The notes: generated from the sequence alone by a model not told the origin. Counted from the first letter of the stretch, positions 36,111 through 49,907 are shown. The stretch: 64,000 bases of DNA from Lama guanicoe (GCA_013239625.1 MU053482.1:3619922-3683921); one strand, 5' to 3'. Program-made: numbers and translations.

Positions 36111-37577
36111 ATATGCCTTCTCACAGCTCATATATACATTTAAGATGTTTATCGAGCAACTTTAGTGTGCCAGACCAGGGCTGGGTGATGGGGTGTGGCA
36201 GGGCCACTTCAGACCCATCCTGCCCTTATGGGGTGTAGACTAGTGAAGGTGGCCCCTCACTTAAGCTTTGGAGACCCAGGATCCAGTAGTGAGTGCACAA
36301 GGGGTGCTGACCACGGCTCTAAAAAAGGCACTGTGTCCCTCACTGTCCTGGTCATGGAGCTTCACAGCTTGCCTGAAAGCTGACTTTTAATCCTTAAAAG
36401 ACCATAAGCAATTACTCGGTCTATATTTATCCTCGTTCCTGGAGCCACACAGGGATTTGGCCTCGCTCTACCAAAATCTCCAGCTCATCACTCATTTCCA
36501 TCGGAGACAATCGTGCGTTCACAGCATCAAAGCCAAGGGCCTGCAGAGGCGCACTGGCATAAGGCTTGGAGAGGCTCTCCCCACAGGCCCTCTGACTCAA
36601 GACCAGGGTAGAAGCTGTAAATCCCAGGCCAAAAGCACATTCTGGGGCCAAGGGAGGACGAGCCGGGAGGAGCAGCAGCTTGCCAAGAAGACTGCCAGCT
36701 CAGGGACTGGCTGCTGGGACGACCGCACTGGGATCATTGGCCTCCCTGCCTGATTTATGCTTTGGGACTCTGTGCGAAGCCTAGCTCTTAGGTGGCCCTG
36801 GATGAGTAAGCAAATAGATAAGTGGCCAAATCGGCAAGAATGGCATCCAGGTGTCAATGAAGGTGACGATGGCAGGTGTCTTTTACTGAACATGGTACCA
36901 GGTATTATATCCAATACTTTACATATAAGGTCTAGTCAGTCCTCACCAAATCCATGTGCTGTAGGGCTTCTCACCCACAAGTCCTAGATGAGGAATTTGG
37001 GACCTGGAGGAGTCAAGGGGCCTGCCAGTGCCTCACAATCTATAAACCCATGTTTTTGTGACTCTAGAGTCTCTGGGTGGCAAGTTCAAGACAGCAGACT
37101 AGGAACATAAGGTGTCTCCTCTCCCTTCCAGGATCCCATTAAAATGACAGCAAAGGACTCCTTATAAATCCTTACCCCCAGAGAGGATAGGAGAGGCTTG
37201 AGTGTACACATTTCTGGAACTGGCAAGAGGATGGAGGAGCCTGTCTAACGAGGCTGGGACCCTGGACGACCCCGAGAGAAGGGGGCTTGGCTGCTCTGGT
37301 GCCCCTGAGAGGCTCTGGACCTCAAAAGCCAGGTGAGACAAGGACAGAATTGAGATATGGAGTCGAAGGGATTATTAAAAGTCTGTGGACAGAGGGGCTG
37401 GGAAGGAACCACTTCAAGTAACTTTTGTACACAGTATTTAGACTAAAATGCCTTTTTTAAGCTAAAGGGAAAAAAGAACTGTAAACAATTATTGATCAGA
37501 CTTCTTTTTCATAGACATATGGATTAGCAATTTTCAAAATGCTTTCTATGCATTCTAGCATTAAGAAAATTAATAAA

Positions 37578-38476
37578 TATGCTCAATATCACTATTTATC
37601 AGAGAAATACAAATCAAAACTACAATGAGGTATCACCTCACACCAGTCAGAAATGCCATCATTCAAAACTCCACAAACGATAAATACTGGAGAGGGTGAA
37701 GAGAGAAGGGAACCTCTTACACTGCTGGTGGGAATGTAGTTTGGTGCAGCCATTATGGAAAACAGGATGGAGATTCCTCAAAAAACTAAAATTAGAGTTA
37801 CCATATGATCCAGCAATCCCAGTCCTGGGCATATATCCAGAGGGAACTCTAATTCAGAAAGATACATGCACCCCAATGTTCATAGCAGCACTATTTACAA
37901 CAGCCAAGACATGGAAGCAAACTAAATGTGAATCAACAGATGACTGAATAAAAGAGTTGTGGTATATTTATATAATGGAATACTACTCAGCAGTTTAAAA
38001 AAAAAGAATAAAATAATGCCATTTACAGCAACATGGATGGACCTGGAGATTGTCATTCTAAGTAAGTCAGAAAGAGAAAGAAAAATACCATATGATATCA
38101 CTCATATGTGGAATCTAAAAAAAAAGAAAAAAGAGGACACTAATGAACTCATCCATGAAAGAAACAGACTCGCAGACACAGTAAACAATCTTATGGTTAC
38201 TAGGGAAAGAGGGTGGGAAGGGATAAATTTAGGAGTTTGAGATATGCAAATGTTAACCACTATATATAAAAATAGATAAAAAACAAGTTTCTTCTGTATA
38301 GCACAGGGAACTATATTCACTATCTTGTAATAAACTTTAATGAAAAAGGATATGAAAACAAATATATGCATATATATGCATGACTGAGACATTGTGCTGT
38401 ACACCAGAAATCGACACATTGTAACTGACTATACTTCAATTAAAAAAAATAATAAAATCTTAAAAATAAAAAAAGA
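37578..38476 (+). mobile_element. Young L1: ORF2 C-terminus plus 3'UTR and A tail
   Basis: ORF 37696-37947 ([40 protein letters not shown]) is the L1 ORF2 C-terminal domain; tail after actgactatacttcaatt. Confidence 0.95.
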
Positions 38477-39195
38477 AGCCAATTTGCAGGGGTTAGTTAT
38501 GGGTTTTGGTGAGGTCTTGGATGTGATGGCCATGAGTCTCAATTCATCATGCACTCAGCAACCCCGTGCTGACATGAGTGTATGGGAAAGGGAAGGAGGA
38601 TGTGGGCAAGAATGGACTATGATACCAGGGTGACCTTAGATGTCCCATAAAGGGGGAGAGGACTGGGGAGGATTTCAGAGAAGGCAGTACTGCTCTTTGG
38701 AGAAGCCTGGATGAATCTATCCCCTCCTCTGGGCTCCCCTGCACCCTGTGCTCACAGACATCCATCACAGAAGAGCTTTCCATGGTTGACATATCTGCAC
38801 ACAGGGGTAAATGAACAAAGTTTTTTATGGCTGCCAGTGATCATTTGGAGATTTTGGTGGCCCCAGACCCCACCAATACACCCAAAGAGCTGAGTGAATC
38901 AGTATCTCAGCCTTACTGTATCCCATTCATAGCCTATGGGAATGCTGGAGCACCCCTAAGAGAAACTCGATATTAGACACCTGTCACTTGGTGTTGGGAA
39001 TTTTCTGCCTCCCTTACCTAATTGTGGGGTCCTCAAAGACAGGGGCCCTAGGCAATGCATCTCTATACTGGTAATAATAGCAATGAAAACAGTGATGCGT
39101 GGAGTATCTTTTATGGGCCAGGCACTGTGCTAAGCTTCTCACACAGACAACTGTATTCAGTCCTCACTAAAGCCCTATGAGGTACGCACTCTATT

Positions 39196-39924
39196 TTACT
39201 GAAGTATAGTTGATTTACAATGTTACATTAGTTTCAGGTGTAAAACATTGTGATTCAATATTTTTATAGATTATTCTCCATTTAAAGTTATTACAAAATA
39301 TTAGCTATATTCCCTGTGCTGTACAATGTATCCTTATAGCTTATTTATTATATACATAGCAGTTCGTACCTCTTAGTCCCCTACTTCTATCTTGCCCTCT
39401 CCCTGTCCCATTTCCCACTGGTAGCCACTAGTTTGTCCTCTATATCTGTGAGTCTGTTTCTGTTTTGTTATATTAGTTCATTTGTTTTACTTTTTATAAT
39501 CCACATATACATGGTAACATACAGTATTTGTCTTCCTCTGTCTATTTCACTTAGCATAATACCCTCCAAGTCCACCCATGTTGTTTCAAATGGCAAAATG
39601 TCATTCTTTGTTATGGCTGAGTAATATTCCCATTGTGTATATATACCACATCTTTTTTATTCATTCATTTGTTGGTGGGCACTTGGGTTGCCTCCATGTC
39701 TTGGCTATTGTAAACAGTGCTGCTATGAATACTGAAGTGCATGTATCTTTTTGAATTAGTGTTTTCATTTTCTTCAGAGATATACCCAGGAGTGGAATTG
39801 CTGGATCATATGGTAGTTCTATTTTAGTTTTTTGAGGAACCTCCATACTGTTTTGCACAGTGGCTATACCAATTTCCATTCCCAGCAATAGTATACAAAT
39901 GGTTCGCTTTTCTCCATATCCTCA
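39196..39924 (-). mobile_element. L1 3' end inserted in a MIR (MIR pieces ~39075-39195 and ~39925-40080)
   Basis: ORF 39661-39888 ([14 protein letters not shown]...KDTCT...AALFTIAKTWRQPKCP); TSD gtacgcactctatt/gtaggcactctatt at 39182-39195 and 39925-39938. Confidence 0.93.
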
Positions 39925-40379
39925 GTAGGCACTCTATTACTAGGTACTCAACATCAGCCCATTCTAAAGATAAGGAAACTGAGGCTTGGGAATGTTAAGT
40001 AAATTGACCAAGGTTATCAGCTGTCAGAAAGCAAGCTCAGACTTTAATTCAGTCAAATTCCAGAATCAGCACCACAAACCATCACCCATATCACCTCCTT
40101 GTACAATGGGCCCAGTGCCTAATTTAATAACTGATACATGTTTTATATTCCAAAAATGCTGGCTGAATTAATCTGAGAATAAAAGAGCTAGTGACAGGGT
40201 GTAGGTAGACAGGGTCTAGGTCTTTGAGGGGATATGTAAGCTGATTTGTGGGTAGAGAGATGAGTTAGTAGGAGGAGGAGCCTAGGGAGTACCAGTCTGC
40301 TGGGCACCACGTCCCTCCCAAGAAAGAGCAGAGGCCCAGGCACAGCCAGCCGAGGAGCTCAGTGAATAAGCCAATGGAT

Positions 40380-40720
40380 GATACTTGCCTGCTGCGTGCT
40401 TCTCAGCTCCAAGCAGAGGTCAGGTCATGTAGGGGATGAAATGAGATTTGGGCTCTGCCTCCAAGGAGACCACTACCCAGCCTGCCCATGAGAAGATGGC
40501 AGAGCAGGGAAATCTAGAAAAGCAATAGAGACTCAAGGAAGAGAGATCTCTGGGGTCTAGGTTGGTCAGGAAAGGCTCCATGGGAAAGGAAAGAACTTCA
40601 GCTGGGCCTCAAGTGCTGAGTAGAACAGGGAAATCAGGGGAGGAAGAAAGAATTCCAGACTGGGCTGACAGGTGAGAAGAACTAGGGGTAGCAAAACTTA
40701 ATGGCCAAAATGGAGGGGGA
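40380..40720 (-). mobile_element. L2 relic
   Basis: ggctctgcctccaagga...ggtcaggaaaggctcca...agctgggcct. Confidence 0.5.
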
Positions 40721-41340
40721 AAGTGTAGGACTCCTTAAGTTGCAAAGAACAGAAACCCACTGTGGCTGGCTCAAGTGTAAAGGGGGTTTTGCCAATGATA
40801 ACTGAACTCCCACAGAACCTAGGGACAGAAGAAGCAGCAGACCCAGACCTCAAAGGAACAGAGAGCTATCAGGACCTGAGGCCTCTACCCCATCTGTCTT
40901 GATGTCTCCTGAGGGCCACATAATCCTCTCTGTCTGTCTCTGTCTCCCTCCCCTACCTCCCTCTTCTTCTCCCTCCTTCTCTCTGTGCATCTGCTCCCTC
41001 CTCCATCTCCTCTCTCTACTCCTGCTTTTTCTAGACACTTACCTTGCTGTGGCTCACATGGCCTCTCAGCTCCAGCTTTCTCCTCCCCCAATCACTTGAC
41101 AAGTGTTTTGTTTCAGATTTTCAAAGCCATCTGACTGGCCTAGCTTGTCTGTTTAAGACAAGTCTCCTAAGTCATTAGCTACGTTGGGTGCAGGTACCCT
41201 CTCTGGTCTAAGAGTCATAGCTGTGGTCATGTGTTAAATACACTGGCCCTTTACAGAGGCCAGCAACCTCAGATACTGTTGTCAGCCAACCAGCAGCCTC
41301 TTTATTCAGGGGATGCTGATTTCCTATGGCCAGGACCTCT

Positions 41341-44047
41341 TTGTTTTTGTTTTTTGGGTTTTTTAAAAACATTTTTTATTGAGTTATAGTCATTTTACAA
41401 TATTGTGTTTAATTCCAGTGTAGAGCACAATTTTTCAGTTATACATGAACATACATATTTTCATTTTCACATTTTTTTTGCTGTGAGCTACCACAAGATC
41501 TTGTATATATTTCCCTGTGCTATACCATATAATCTTGTTTATCTATTCTACATATGCCTGTCAGTATCTACAAATTTTGAACTTCCAGTCTATCCCTTCC
41601 CACTCCGCCCCCGACTTGGCAACCAAGAGTTTGTATTCTATGTCTATGAGTCTGTTTCTGTTTTGTATTTATGTTTTCTTTTTTTTTTAGATTCCACATA
41701 TGAGCAATCTCATATGGTACTTTTCTTTCTCTTTTTGGCTTACTTCACTTAGAATGGCATTCTCCAGGAGCATCCATGTTGCTGCAAATAGCATTATGTT
41801 GTAGGTATTTATGGCTGAATAGTATTCCATTGTATAAATATACCATCTCTTCTTTATCCAGTCATCTGTCGATGGACATTTAGGTTGTTTCCATGTCTTG
41901 GCTATTGTAAATAGTGCTGCTATGAACATTAGGGTGCAGGTGTCTTTTTGAAGTAGGGTTCCTTCGGGATATATGCCCAGGAGTGGGATTCCTGGGTCAT
42001 ATGGTAAGTCTATTCCTAGTCTTTTGAGGAATCGCCATACTGTTTTCCACAGTGGCGGCACCAAACTGCATTCCCATCAGCAGTGTAGGAGGGTTCCCTT
42101 TTCTCCACAGCCTCTCCAGCATTTGTCATGTGTGGACTTTTGAATGATGGCCATTCTGACTGGTGTGAGGTGATACCTCATTGTAGTTTTGACTTGCATT
42201 TCTCTGATAATTAGTGACATTGAGCATTTTTTCATGTGCCTATTGATCATTTGTATTTCTTCCTTGGAGAATTGCTTGTTTAGGTCTTCTGCCCATTTTT
42301 GGATTGGGTTGTTTGTTTTTTTCTTATTAAGTCATATGAGCTGTTTATATATTCTGGAGATCAAGCCTTTGTCGGTTTCATTTGCAAAAATCTTCTCCCA
42401 TTCTGTAGGCTGTCGTTTTGTTTTACTGATGGTTTCCTTTGGTGTGCAGAAGTTTGTAAGTTTCATTAGGTCCCATTTGTTTATTCTTGCTTTTATTTCT
42501 ATTGCTTGGGTAGACTGTCCTAGGAGAACATTTTTGAGGTGTACGTCAGATAATGGTTTTCTTCTAGGAGGTTTATTGTATCTTGTCTTATGTTTAAGTC
42601 TTTGATCCATTTTGAGTTGATTTTTGTGTATGGTGTAAGGGAGTGTTCTAGCTTCATTGATTGACATGCTGCTGTCCAGTTTTCCCAATACCATTTGCTG
42701 AAGAGACTGTCTTTATTCCTTGTATATTCTTGCCTCCTGTGTTGAAGATGAGTTGACCGAAAGTTTGTGGGTTCATGTCTGGGCTCTCTATTCTGTTTCA
42801 TTGGTCTATATGTCTGTTTTTGGACCAGTACCATCCTGTCTTGATGACTGTAGCTCTGTAGGATTGTCTGAAGTCTGGGAGAGTTATTCTTCCAGCCTCT
42901 TTCGTTTTCTTCAGTAATGCTTTGGCAACTCTAGGTCTTTTGTGGTTCCATATAAATTTTACTATGATTTGTTCTAGTTCTGTGAAATATGTCCTGGGTA
43001 ATTTGATAGGGATTGCACTAAATCGGTAGACTGCCTTGGGCAGTGTGGCCATTTTAACAATACTGATTCTTCCAATCCAGGAGCATGGGATATCTTTCCA
43101 TTTTTTTAAGTCTTCTTTAATTTCCTTAATCAGTGTTTTATAGTTTTCCATGTATAAGTCTTTCACCTCCTTGGTTAGATTTATTCCTAGGTACTTTATC
43201 ATTTTGGGTACTATTTTAAAGGAGATTGTTTCTTTACTTTCTTTTTCTGTTGATTCATCGTTCGTGTAAAGAAATGAAACTCATTTTTGAACGTTAATCT
43301 TGTAACCTGCTACCTTGCTGAATTCTTCGATTATTTCTAGTAGTTTTTGTGTGGACCTTTTAGGGTTTTCTATATATAGTATCATGTCATCTGCTTATAG
43401 TGACACTTTTACCTCTTCTTTTCCAATTTAGATCCCTTTTATTTCTCTCTCTTGCCTGATTGCTGTGGCTAGGACTTCCAGGACTATGTTGAATAGGAGT
43501 GGTGATAGTGGGCATTCTTGTCTTGTTCCAGATTTTAGTGGGAAGCTTTTGAGTTTTTCACCATTGAGTACTATGCTGGCTGTAGGTTTGTCATATATAG
43601 CTTTTATTATGTTGAGATACGTCCCTCTATACCCACTTTGGTGAGAGTTTTTATCATAAATAGGTGCTGAATTTTATCAAATGCTTTTTCTGCATCTATT
43701 GAGATGATCATGTGGTTTTTGTCCTTTCTCTTGTTGATGTGATGTATTACATTGATTGATTTGCATGTGCTGAACCACCCTTGTGTCCCTGGGATGAACC
43801 CCACTTGATCATGATGTATAATCTTTTTTATGTGCTGTTGGATTCTATTTGCTAATATTTTGGTAAGGATTTTTGCATCTATGTTCATCAGTGATATTGG
43901 TCTGTAATTCTCTTTTTTGGTGGTGTCTTTGCCTGGTTTTGATATCAGGGTGATGGTGGCTTCATAGAATGAATTGGGGAGTATTCCCTTCTTTTCAATC
44001 TTCTGGAAGAGTTTGAGAAGGAGTTCTTCTTTGTATGTTTGGTAGAA
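41341..44047 (-). mobile_element. 2.7-kb 5'-truncated young LINE-1
   Basis: T-rich tail at 41341-41380, 3'UTR, then ORF2 pieces; TSD ggccaggacct/ggctaggacct at 41328-41338 and 44048-44058. Confidence 0.96.
41790..44047 (-). pseudogene. Disrupted L1 ORF2 (reverse transcriptase and C-terminal domain)
   Basis: Fragments [36 protein letters not shown] (43607-44047), [26 protein letters not shown] (42798-43202), [11 protein letters not shown] (to 42064); frameshifts plus an in-frame TAA at the residue before ADD (43395-43397). Confidence 0.93.
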
Positions 44048-44719
44048 GGCTAGGACCTGTGAATTCAACCTACAATTGTGTTGACTCTTAAAACAACCAA
44101 GTCATTCTTGGCTCATAGAAATTCCCGTGGTCCACTGAGACTCCCAGATCTTTATCACAAAAATTGAGCTATCAATACCTTGCCCTCCTCTAAACTATCC
44201 TGAGTAACACTGTAGTCTCAGTCTGTTCTTCAAACACAGGATTTCTGTGCTGGTGCAATGACACAACAGATTGTTCACCTCACCAAAGGAAGAGTCAGAC
44301 CTTTTTCAGATTCTCCCTTCTGGCTTCACATAGGTTTTTGTGGGATTTTTTGTTTTGGTTTTCAGTTTTGTTTTTTTTTTAAAGGGAAAGAGATGTACAC
44401 ATAAAAGGATTTTTGAGGTTTGAAAGTTGAATTCCATCATTAAATTAATGCTAACAAAAGCTTAATTTCACTAATCCTAAGAGGAACTTCAACTCCAGAT
44501 ACACTGACTTGCTGGTCTGACGCTTGCACTATGAGTTTCAGAGTTGGGTGTTTTTCCTTTTTAAAAACTGAAGTTGTAAAGAGCATATATCATTTTTGAA
44601 GAGTGAACCCCAAAGAAGTTTTTGCAAGCAGTTTTGCTCAAATGAAGGCTAACTGAATTAAAGAGAACAAACCCCTTTCACAGCAATACAAGAACGAGCA
44701 AGAGGAGGAGGAGGAGGAT

Positions 44720-45260
44720 GCATTCGTTCTTCTTCATCTCCTGGATATGGAACTCTGGGCTGCTCTCAGACCTAGATTCTTTTCTATCTGCTCTCACTTC
44801 CAAGAGGACCTTATTTGAGCTCATGATTTTAAATACCATCTATCTAAAAATCTCTGAAGACTCTCAAATGTTTTTGTCCAGTCTGGACTTCTCCACACAA
44901 CTCCAGAGTCCTATACCCAACTGCCCACTCGACACCTGCTCTTGGGTGACAGCTCCAACTTAACCCATTCCAGCCCCCAGAATATGCTTTGCCCTCAGTT
45001 GTCTCCATCTCAGTAAATGGCAAGTCCATCCTTCAAGCTGCTTAAGCACAAATCATGACTCATTCACGAGGCCCCTTCCTGCTCCTCCCACACCCCACAG
45101 GGAATCCAGCAGAAAATCCCATTAGCTCTATCTTCAACATACATCCAGAGTCAGACTGTTTCTTACTACTTTTTTATCACTATGACTCTGGTCTAGGCCT
45201 CCATGATTTCTTGTCATATCATCAGTGCAACTGCCTCCTGATTGCTCTTTTGCGCCACAG
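44720..45260 (+). mobile_element. L2 relic
   Basis: tttaaataccatctat...gactctcaaatg...tccagtctggacttctcc...aactccaga...ctccatctcagtaaatggca. Confidence 0.8.
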
Positions 45261-47157
45261 AGGAGGCAGAGTGACTCTTTTCCATCATAAGTTATATTAT
45301 ATCTTACAAGACTTACTTTGTACCAGGTACTATACACGGCAATTTATACCCATCACTTATTCTCAAAATGTATTCCCCCAAAATGCTCTGTCTGCATCTT
45401 CCAGTTAAGGGAGTGAAATGAAACTCCTTCTCTGAGATCACACAGCTGTTCCTTGGAAGAGATGGACCTGAACACTTCAAGGCCCAGGCTCTTTCCTTCA
45501 ATCCAGCTGCTGAATAAGAATTCAACTTTCATCCCCAGGAAATCCCTTTCTCAAAGCTGGCTGCCTAATGAAGTCAATGCAATCTAAAGTCAAGTTCATA
45601 AAAAGAGATTTTAACAAAATCAGACAGGTAAAAATAGAAGAAAAGCAGGAAAAACACTTGTATAGGTCAATATTCTTGACAGCAATTTACCTGCCCAATT
45701 TATTTCATTCAGTCAGTAGATCCATCCAACTTCTGGTGTGATATATCAGAAAGGCTTTTCAACCAGGTGTCCCAAGGCCACATGAGGATAATACCAACTA
45801 GGGCCACATTTACTCTCCTTCTCAGCCTTGAGATTCTGAGCCCTGTGCCATCATTTATTTATTTTTCACATCATTCTGGGTGCAATGTTCCTCAGGCTCA
45901 GTAGCTCTTTTATTTCAACAATGACAAAAATTGCACAAATATCTGAGCACATCCTCCAAACTTGGAGAAATGTCTATGCTTCAGAATCCACAAATGCCCC
46001 ATCCAGTCCATTTGTTTTTGTAACCTTGAACTTTCACATTTAAAATAAACCATGTACTAGACAAAAGAATTCACTTTGGATCTGAGCCTTTCTTTTCGAT
46101 CATCCTTCCTTCTTCTGGATTAAAAGCAAAAGACATCTTCTTAAAGCATCTTAGCCTGTTTTGGATTCTCCGAAAGCTCATTTTGAGGGGTGCTAGGGAC
46201 CACCCTCATCTTTCCTCGGTGGGAATGCTGTCAGTTTTTTATTTTTGTTTTTCTGAATGTTGAAAGCATTCGGGAGTGGAAAGCTACAAGGCAGGACCCT
46301 GAGGGCAGGGCACCTGGGTGATGGGTTCCCTAAGAGCAGTAAGGGCCTGCACAGAGAAGTCACCCCCTAGAAGACTCAGTTTTGGGCAACCACCTTGGCT
46401 CTGCATGGATGTTGTCCTTCCATGGCCCACAGAAACCTGCTTGTGATTTAAATGTGGATGTAGGGGATATGGCTGGGGATTGTGGGGGGGGGGCTAGAAA
46501 TGTGATGTGAACCAGAAAGGTTCTGAGAAAATGTAGTGTCTGCTATTAAGCAAGACACAGCTCAGAACTACGAGAGGTGTAGAAGGGGAGTGTGCCAACA
46601 CAGAGAACCAGCCTTAACACTAGCTTGTGATCCAGCTCTAAAAACACCAATTTGCTCACAGAAAAACAGTATAGGATCTCAGGGACTACAGCCAAAGGGA
46701 CCTGCCAGGAAGGGAGAGAGTGGGGATCTGTAGGGTCAGTGGAGGAGAGCAATAAGGGAAGGGTTTTACTCTTCCAGAAGTCTGAAGACCCACCACGGTC
46801 CTCAGGGGACATAATGCAACTGCAGAGAGTGGCCTTGGGCCAGAGCAGGGACTCAAAGCCACAGCTTAAAATCCACAGCTTAATATACGTTCATTCATTC
46901 ATTCATTCATTTGTTCAATAAACATGTATCTTTTCTACTTCCTCCTAATAAGTCTCTTTGTCTTTCCTCTTGCCTTTGTCCAATCCATTTCAGTCCCTGT
47001 TAGCAGCCAGAGAGACACTTCTAAAATGCCATTCTGTTGCTTACACCCTCTGGCAGAGGGAGACGAGACCCCAGTGACTGAAAGGATTCCACTCCTGTAT
47101 TAAGAGCTGCTCTCCCTGAGCTCTGCTAAGTCTACCCTCCACCTTCCTGCTTAAAAG

Positions 47158-47201
47158 AGCCACTGCTGATCTTGGGCCTAGCCACTGCTGATCTTGGGCC
47201 T
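47158..47201. repeat. Perfect 22-nt tandem duplication
   Basis: agccactgctgatcttgggcct x2, directly visible. Confidence 0.97.
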
Positions 47202-48041
47202 TTCACATACCTTCTCCAGTTGTGTTGATATAAAAGCCGGAGTGATGTCTCCTTCCATTTCGTATTAGAATAACTCTTTGAACTTCCAGAGTTTAATCTT
47301 ATTTTTTGGAGTTTTTAGAAGAGGAAAAGGGGGAGTGGGGTAGAACAAATGATGCCGCCTCACTGTGACTCATTTACCACTTCACTCTGCCCCCAGACCC
47401 TCTCTTTGAGACTTCCATATAACACCTACATGTAACAGAGGGACTGCTAATGGGAAAAAAAAAAAAAAAACAACCTATAATCTTTACTATGGTTAGAAGC
47501 GGGAATAGCAAACCACATTGGGGTAGATTATACCTACCATGGGGGAAAAATCAACTGGGTGAACTCTCCTAACAAATATAAAGCAAATAAACACTTGTAC
47601 ACAGGAAAGAGATGTAACAGAAACTCCTGCAGCCTGACAAAGACCACTTCTCCCAAACATCTGTGCTATGTCTACTTTGGTAATCTGCATAAGAGGCAGG
47701 GGCATTGACCCCTAACCCTTTCCTTTTGCAGAAGCATTATTACAATCTCACTGACGTACTGGGAAGTCCTCAGCTGGAATCTGTGAACAGAAAGGTATAT
47801 CAAGGGCCCCAGAGGGGAACACACCCTAGGGGTCTGGGCTGCTGATCCAGCTCGTGATAAGAGTCAAGTGTTCACGGAGGAGGCATGGCTTTGGTGGAGC
47901 CCACAGCTGAGGCTGCAAGTCTTTCTCAACCAAGCCACCCTGACATTGCGCTGTGCTTTGGGTCTAACGCCTGAGTCGAATGAATTAAAAGTGCTTTAAC
48001 TTTAGGACCTAAATATGAGACACTCCTGTCACCCAAGAGGG

Positions 48042-48400
48042 TATATCAGTCAGCTAGAGGTTATGCTACAGTAACAAAAAAAACCCTCCAAAATCTCAGT
48101 GGCTTACAACAGTAAAGGTGTATGTCTTAGTCGTGTTACATGCTGGCTGTGGTTTGGCTATAGCTCTGCTCCGTGAACCCTTCACTCCAAGACTCAAACT
48201 GAAGGAGCAATCCCACATTGCCATTTTTGTGGCAGAAAATAAAAGACATATAGTGATGGTTCTTCAAGGTTCTAATCAGAAGCAGCACATGTTATTTCCA
48301 TCACATTGGCCAAAGCAAGTCACAGGGCCAAGCTAGACAGCAGTGGAGTGAGAAATACAATCTTTTCACAAGCAGGGCCCAGGAGGGACAATCTACCACA
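48042..48400 (-). mobile_element. MLT1I/J-like MaLR solo LTR
   Basis: ttatgctacagtaacaaa...aaatctcagtggcttacaaca...cattggccaaagcaagtcac...caatctaccaca; degenerate TSD gaggg/gagag. Confidence 0.85.
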
Positions 48401-48769
48401 GAGAGCTCTAGACTAATGAGGGCATTATCATGGCAATGACCCACAACTACATGAGACCTGTTTTCAACTATGACACCAGATGATGGCTACAGAAGAGTGG
48501 CAGCAACATCACCATTGGACCAATGAGACTCTTAGAGTTCTCTCTCTGCCTGGCATTTGGCTGCAGGACTTCCCTTTGGACTGAGGAAACCTCTGAGGTT
48601 ATTAGGAAAGGCGAGGGAGGATGTACCTCAAGTGGAAGACACTGGACTTCCTGCTAAAAGACAGGCATGTGGGTACACAGAAATTTTAAGGAAAATGATT
48701 TAAGTTGTACTCCAAGTTGGGAAGGCAGTTCATACGAATTATATGCAAAATCAAGAAGATGGCCTATCA

Positions 48770-49015
48770 TTGTAACAGTAAACAGTCAATCATTGGTAAC
48801 CAGATGCCAGATAAACTCTGTTAAGCACTTCATACGAATTACTTTAGTCCACACAAGAATTTACAAGTAGGTAGAAATACTACCCCTTTTTACAGAAACA
48901 AAGACTTAGAAAGGTGAAGTATCCTTTTCAAAGACACAGATCTAGCAGGTGGCAGAGTTCTGATTCAAACCCAAACATCTCTAAGTCCAGGATTTTCTCT
49001 CTAAACCACAACATT
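48770..49015 (-). mobile_element. MIR SINE
   Basis: ccctttttacagaaac...aggtgaagt...gtggcagagttctgattcaaaccca. Confidence 0.8.
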
Positions 49016-49907
49016 TGCTTGCCTCCCTCTGATGCCCTTGGTCTGATCCTCATCTCTTTAGTCCCCTTTCCTCTTCTAATTTGACTCCATTTCCTTTTTC
49101 ATGTCTTTGCCTGTCTTCCTCTTAGATATTCCCTCTGCTACTGTAGTGCCAGGAGCCTCTCCAGAGAAGGATCTCCATAGAAGGATCTCCACTCTCTGTC
49201 ATCTTGAAAGTGGAAACTTAAACCTGCCTGAGCATAGCTCTAAAGGTCAAGGTTGCCCTGGAGTGTCCTGGGTCTCATGCCCCTCCCTCCTCTGCTAAGA
49301 ATGGCCACCTCCCTACCTAGAGTCCATCTCTGGCTACAACTCTCTGCCACCTATCCTACACTGGGAGCTTCCAGCTTTGCTAGAATAGGGGTAGGAGGAG
49401 CAGAGCCCCAGAAGCAAACCCTGCAGCAAGTGCACAGCGAGCACAAGGCCAGCGTGTCCCCATTCACAAGGAGAGGTCCCCATTTCTAGAGGAAGCAAAC
49501 CTATTCAGCCAAGAACAACTCAGGAATTGTAAAATGCTGAAAACACTCCAAGTGCCAGAGTCTTTCTGTTCCAGGCCCAGGCTGTTCAAGGCCTTAAGCA
49601 GTCCCACACTTGGCACTTGGAGAGTCAGCAATTACCATTTCATCTGAACAAACGGCATGCTAAAGTTTGCCCTTAGAGGGTGACCGTAAGCTCTGAACCA
49701 AAAACTAAGAAAACACTTTGGCAAGACAGATTTCTTTTCTGATTTGTGAATGTACTTAAAGGGAAAGTCTCCTGATGACCTAAAAATTGTATGGCACTTG
49801 GTTTTGTATTCAACTAAATCCTCTGTAAAAACAAAAAATAGAATTATATGAAATTGAAATTGTGCATCCTCCCCTAATTACTCTATCAAGGCAGGCTTAC
49901 ATTTGAA

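Noticed and set aside
41341..44068. Active retroelement, or a retron/novel reverse-transcriptase system
   Set aside because: An ordinary 5'-truncated LINE-1 lacking ORF1 and endonuclease, with frameshifts and a stop at the catalytic motif; the L1 at 56415-58819 is likewise truncated and frameshifted
47158..47201. CRISPR-like repeat
   Set aside because: Only two adjacent units, no spacer, no cas genes, mammalian context
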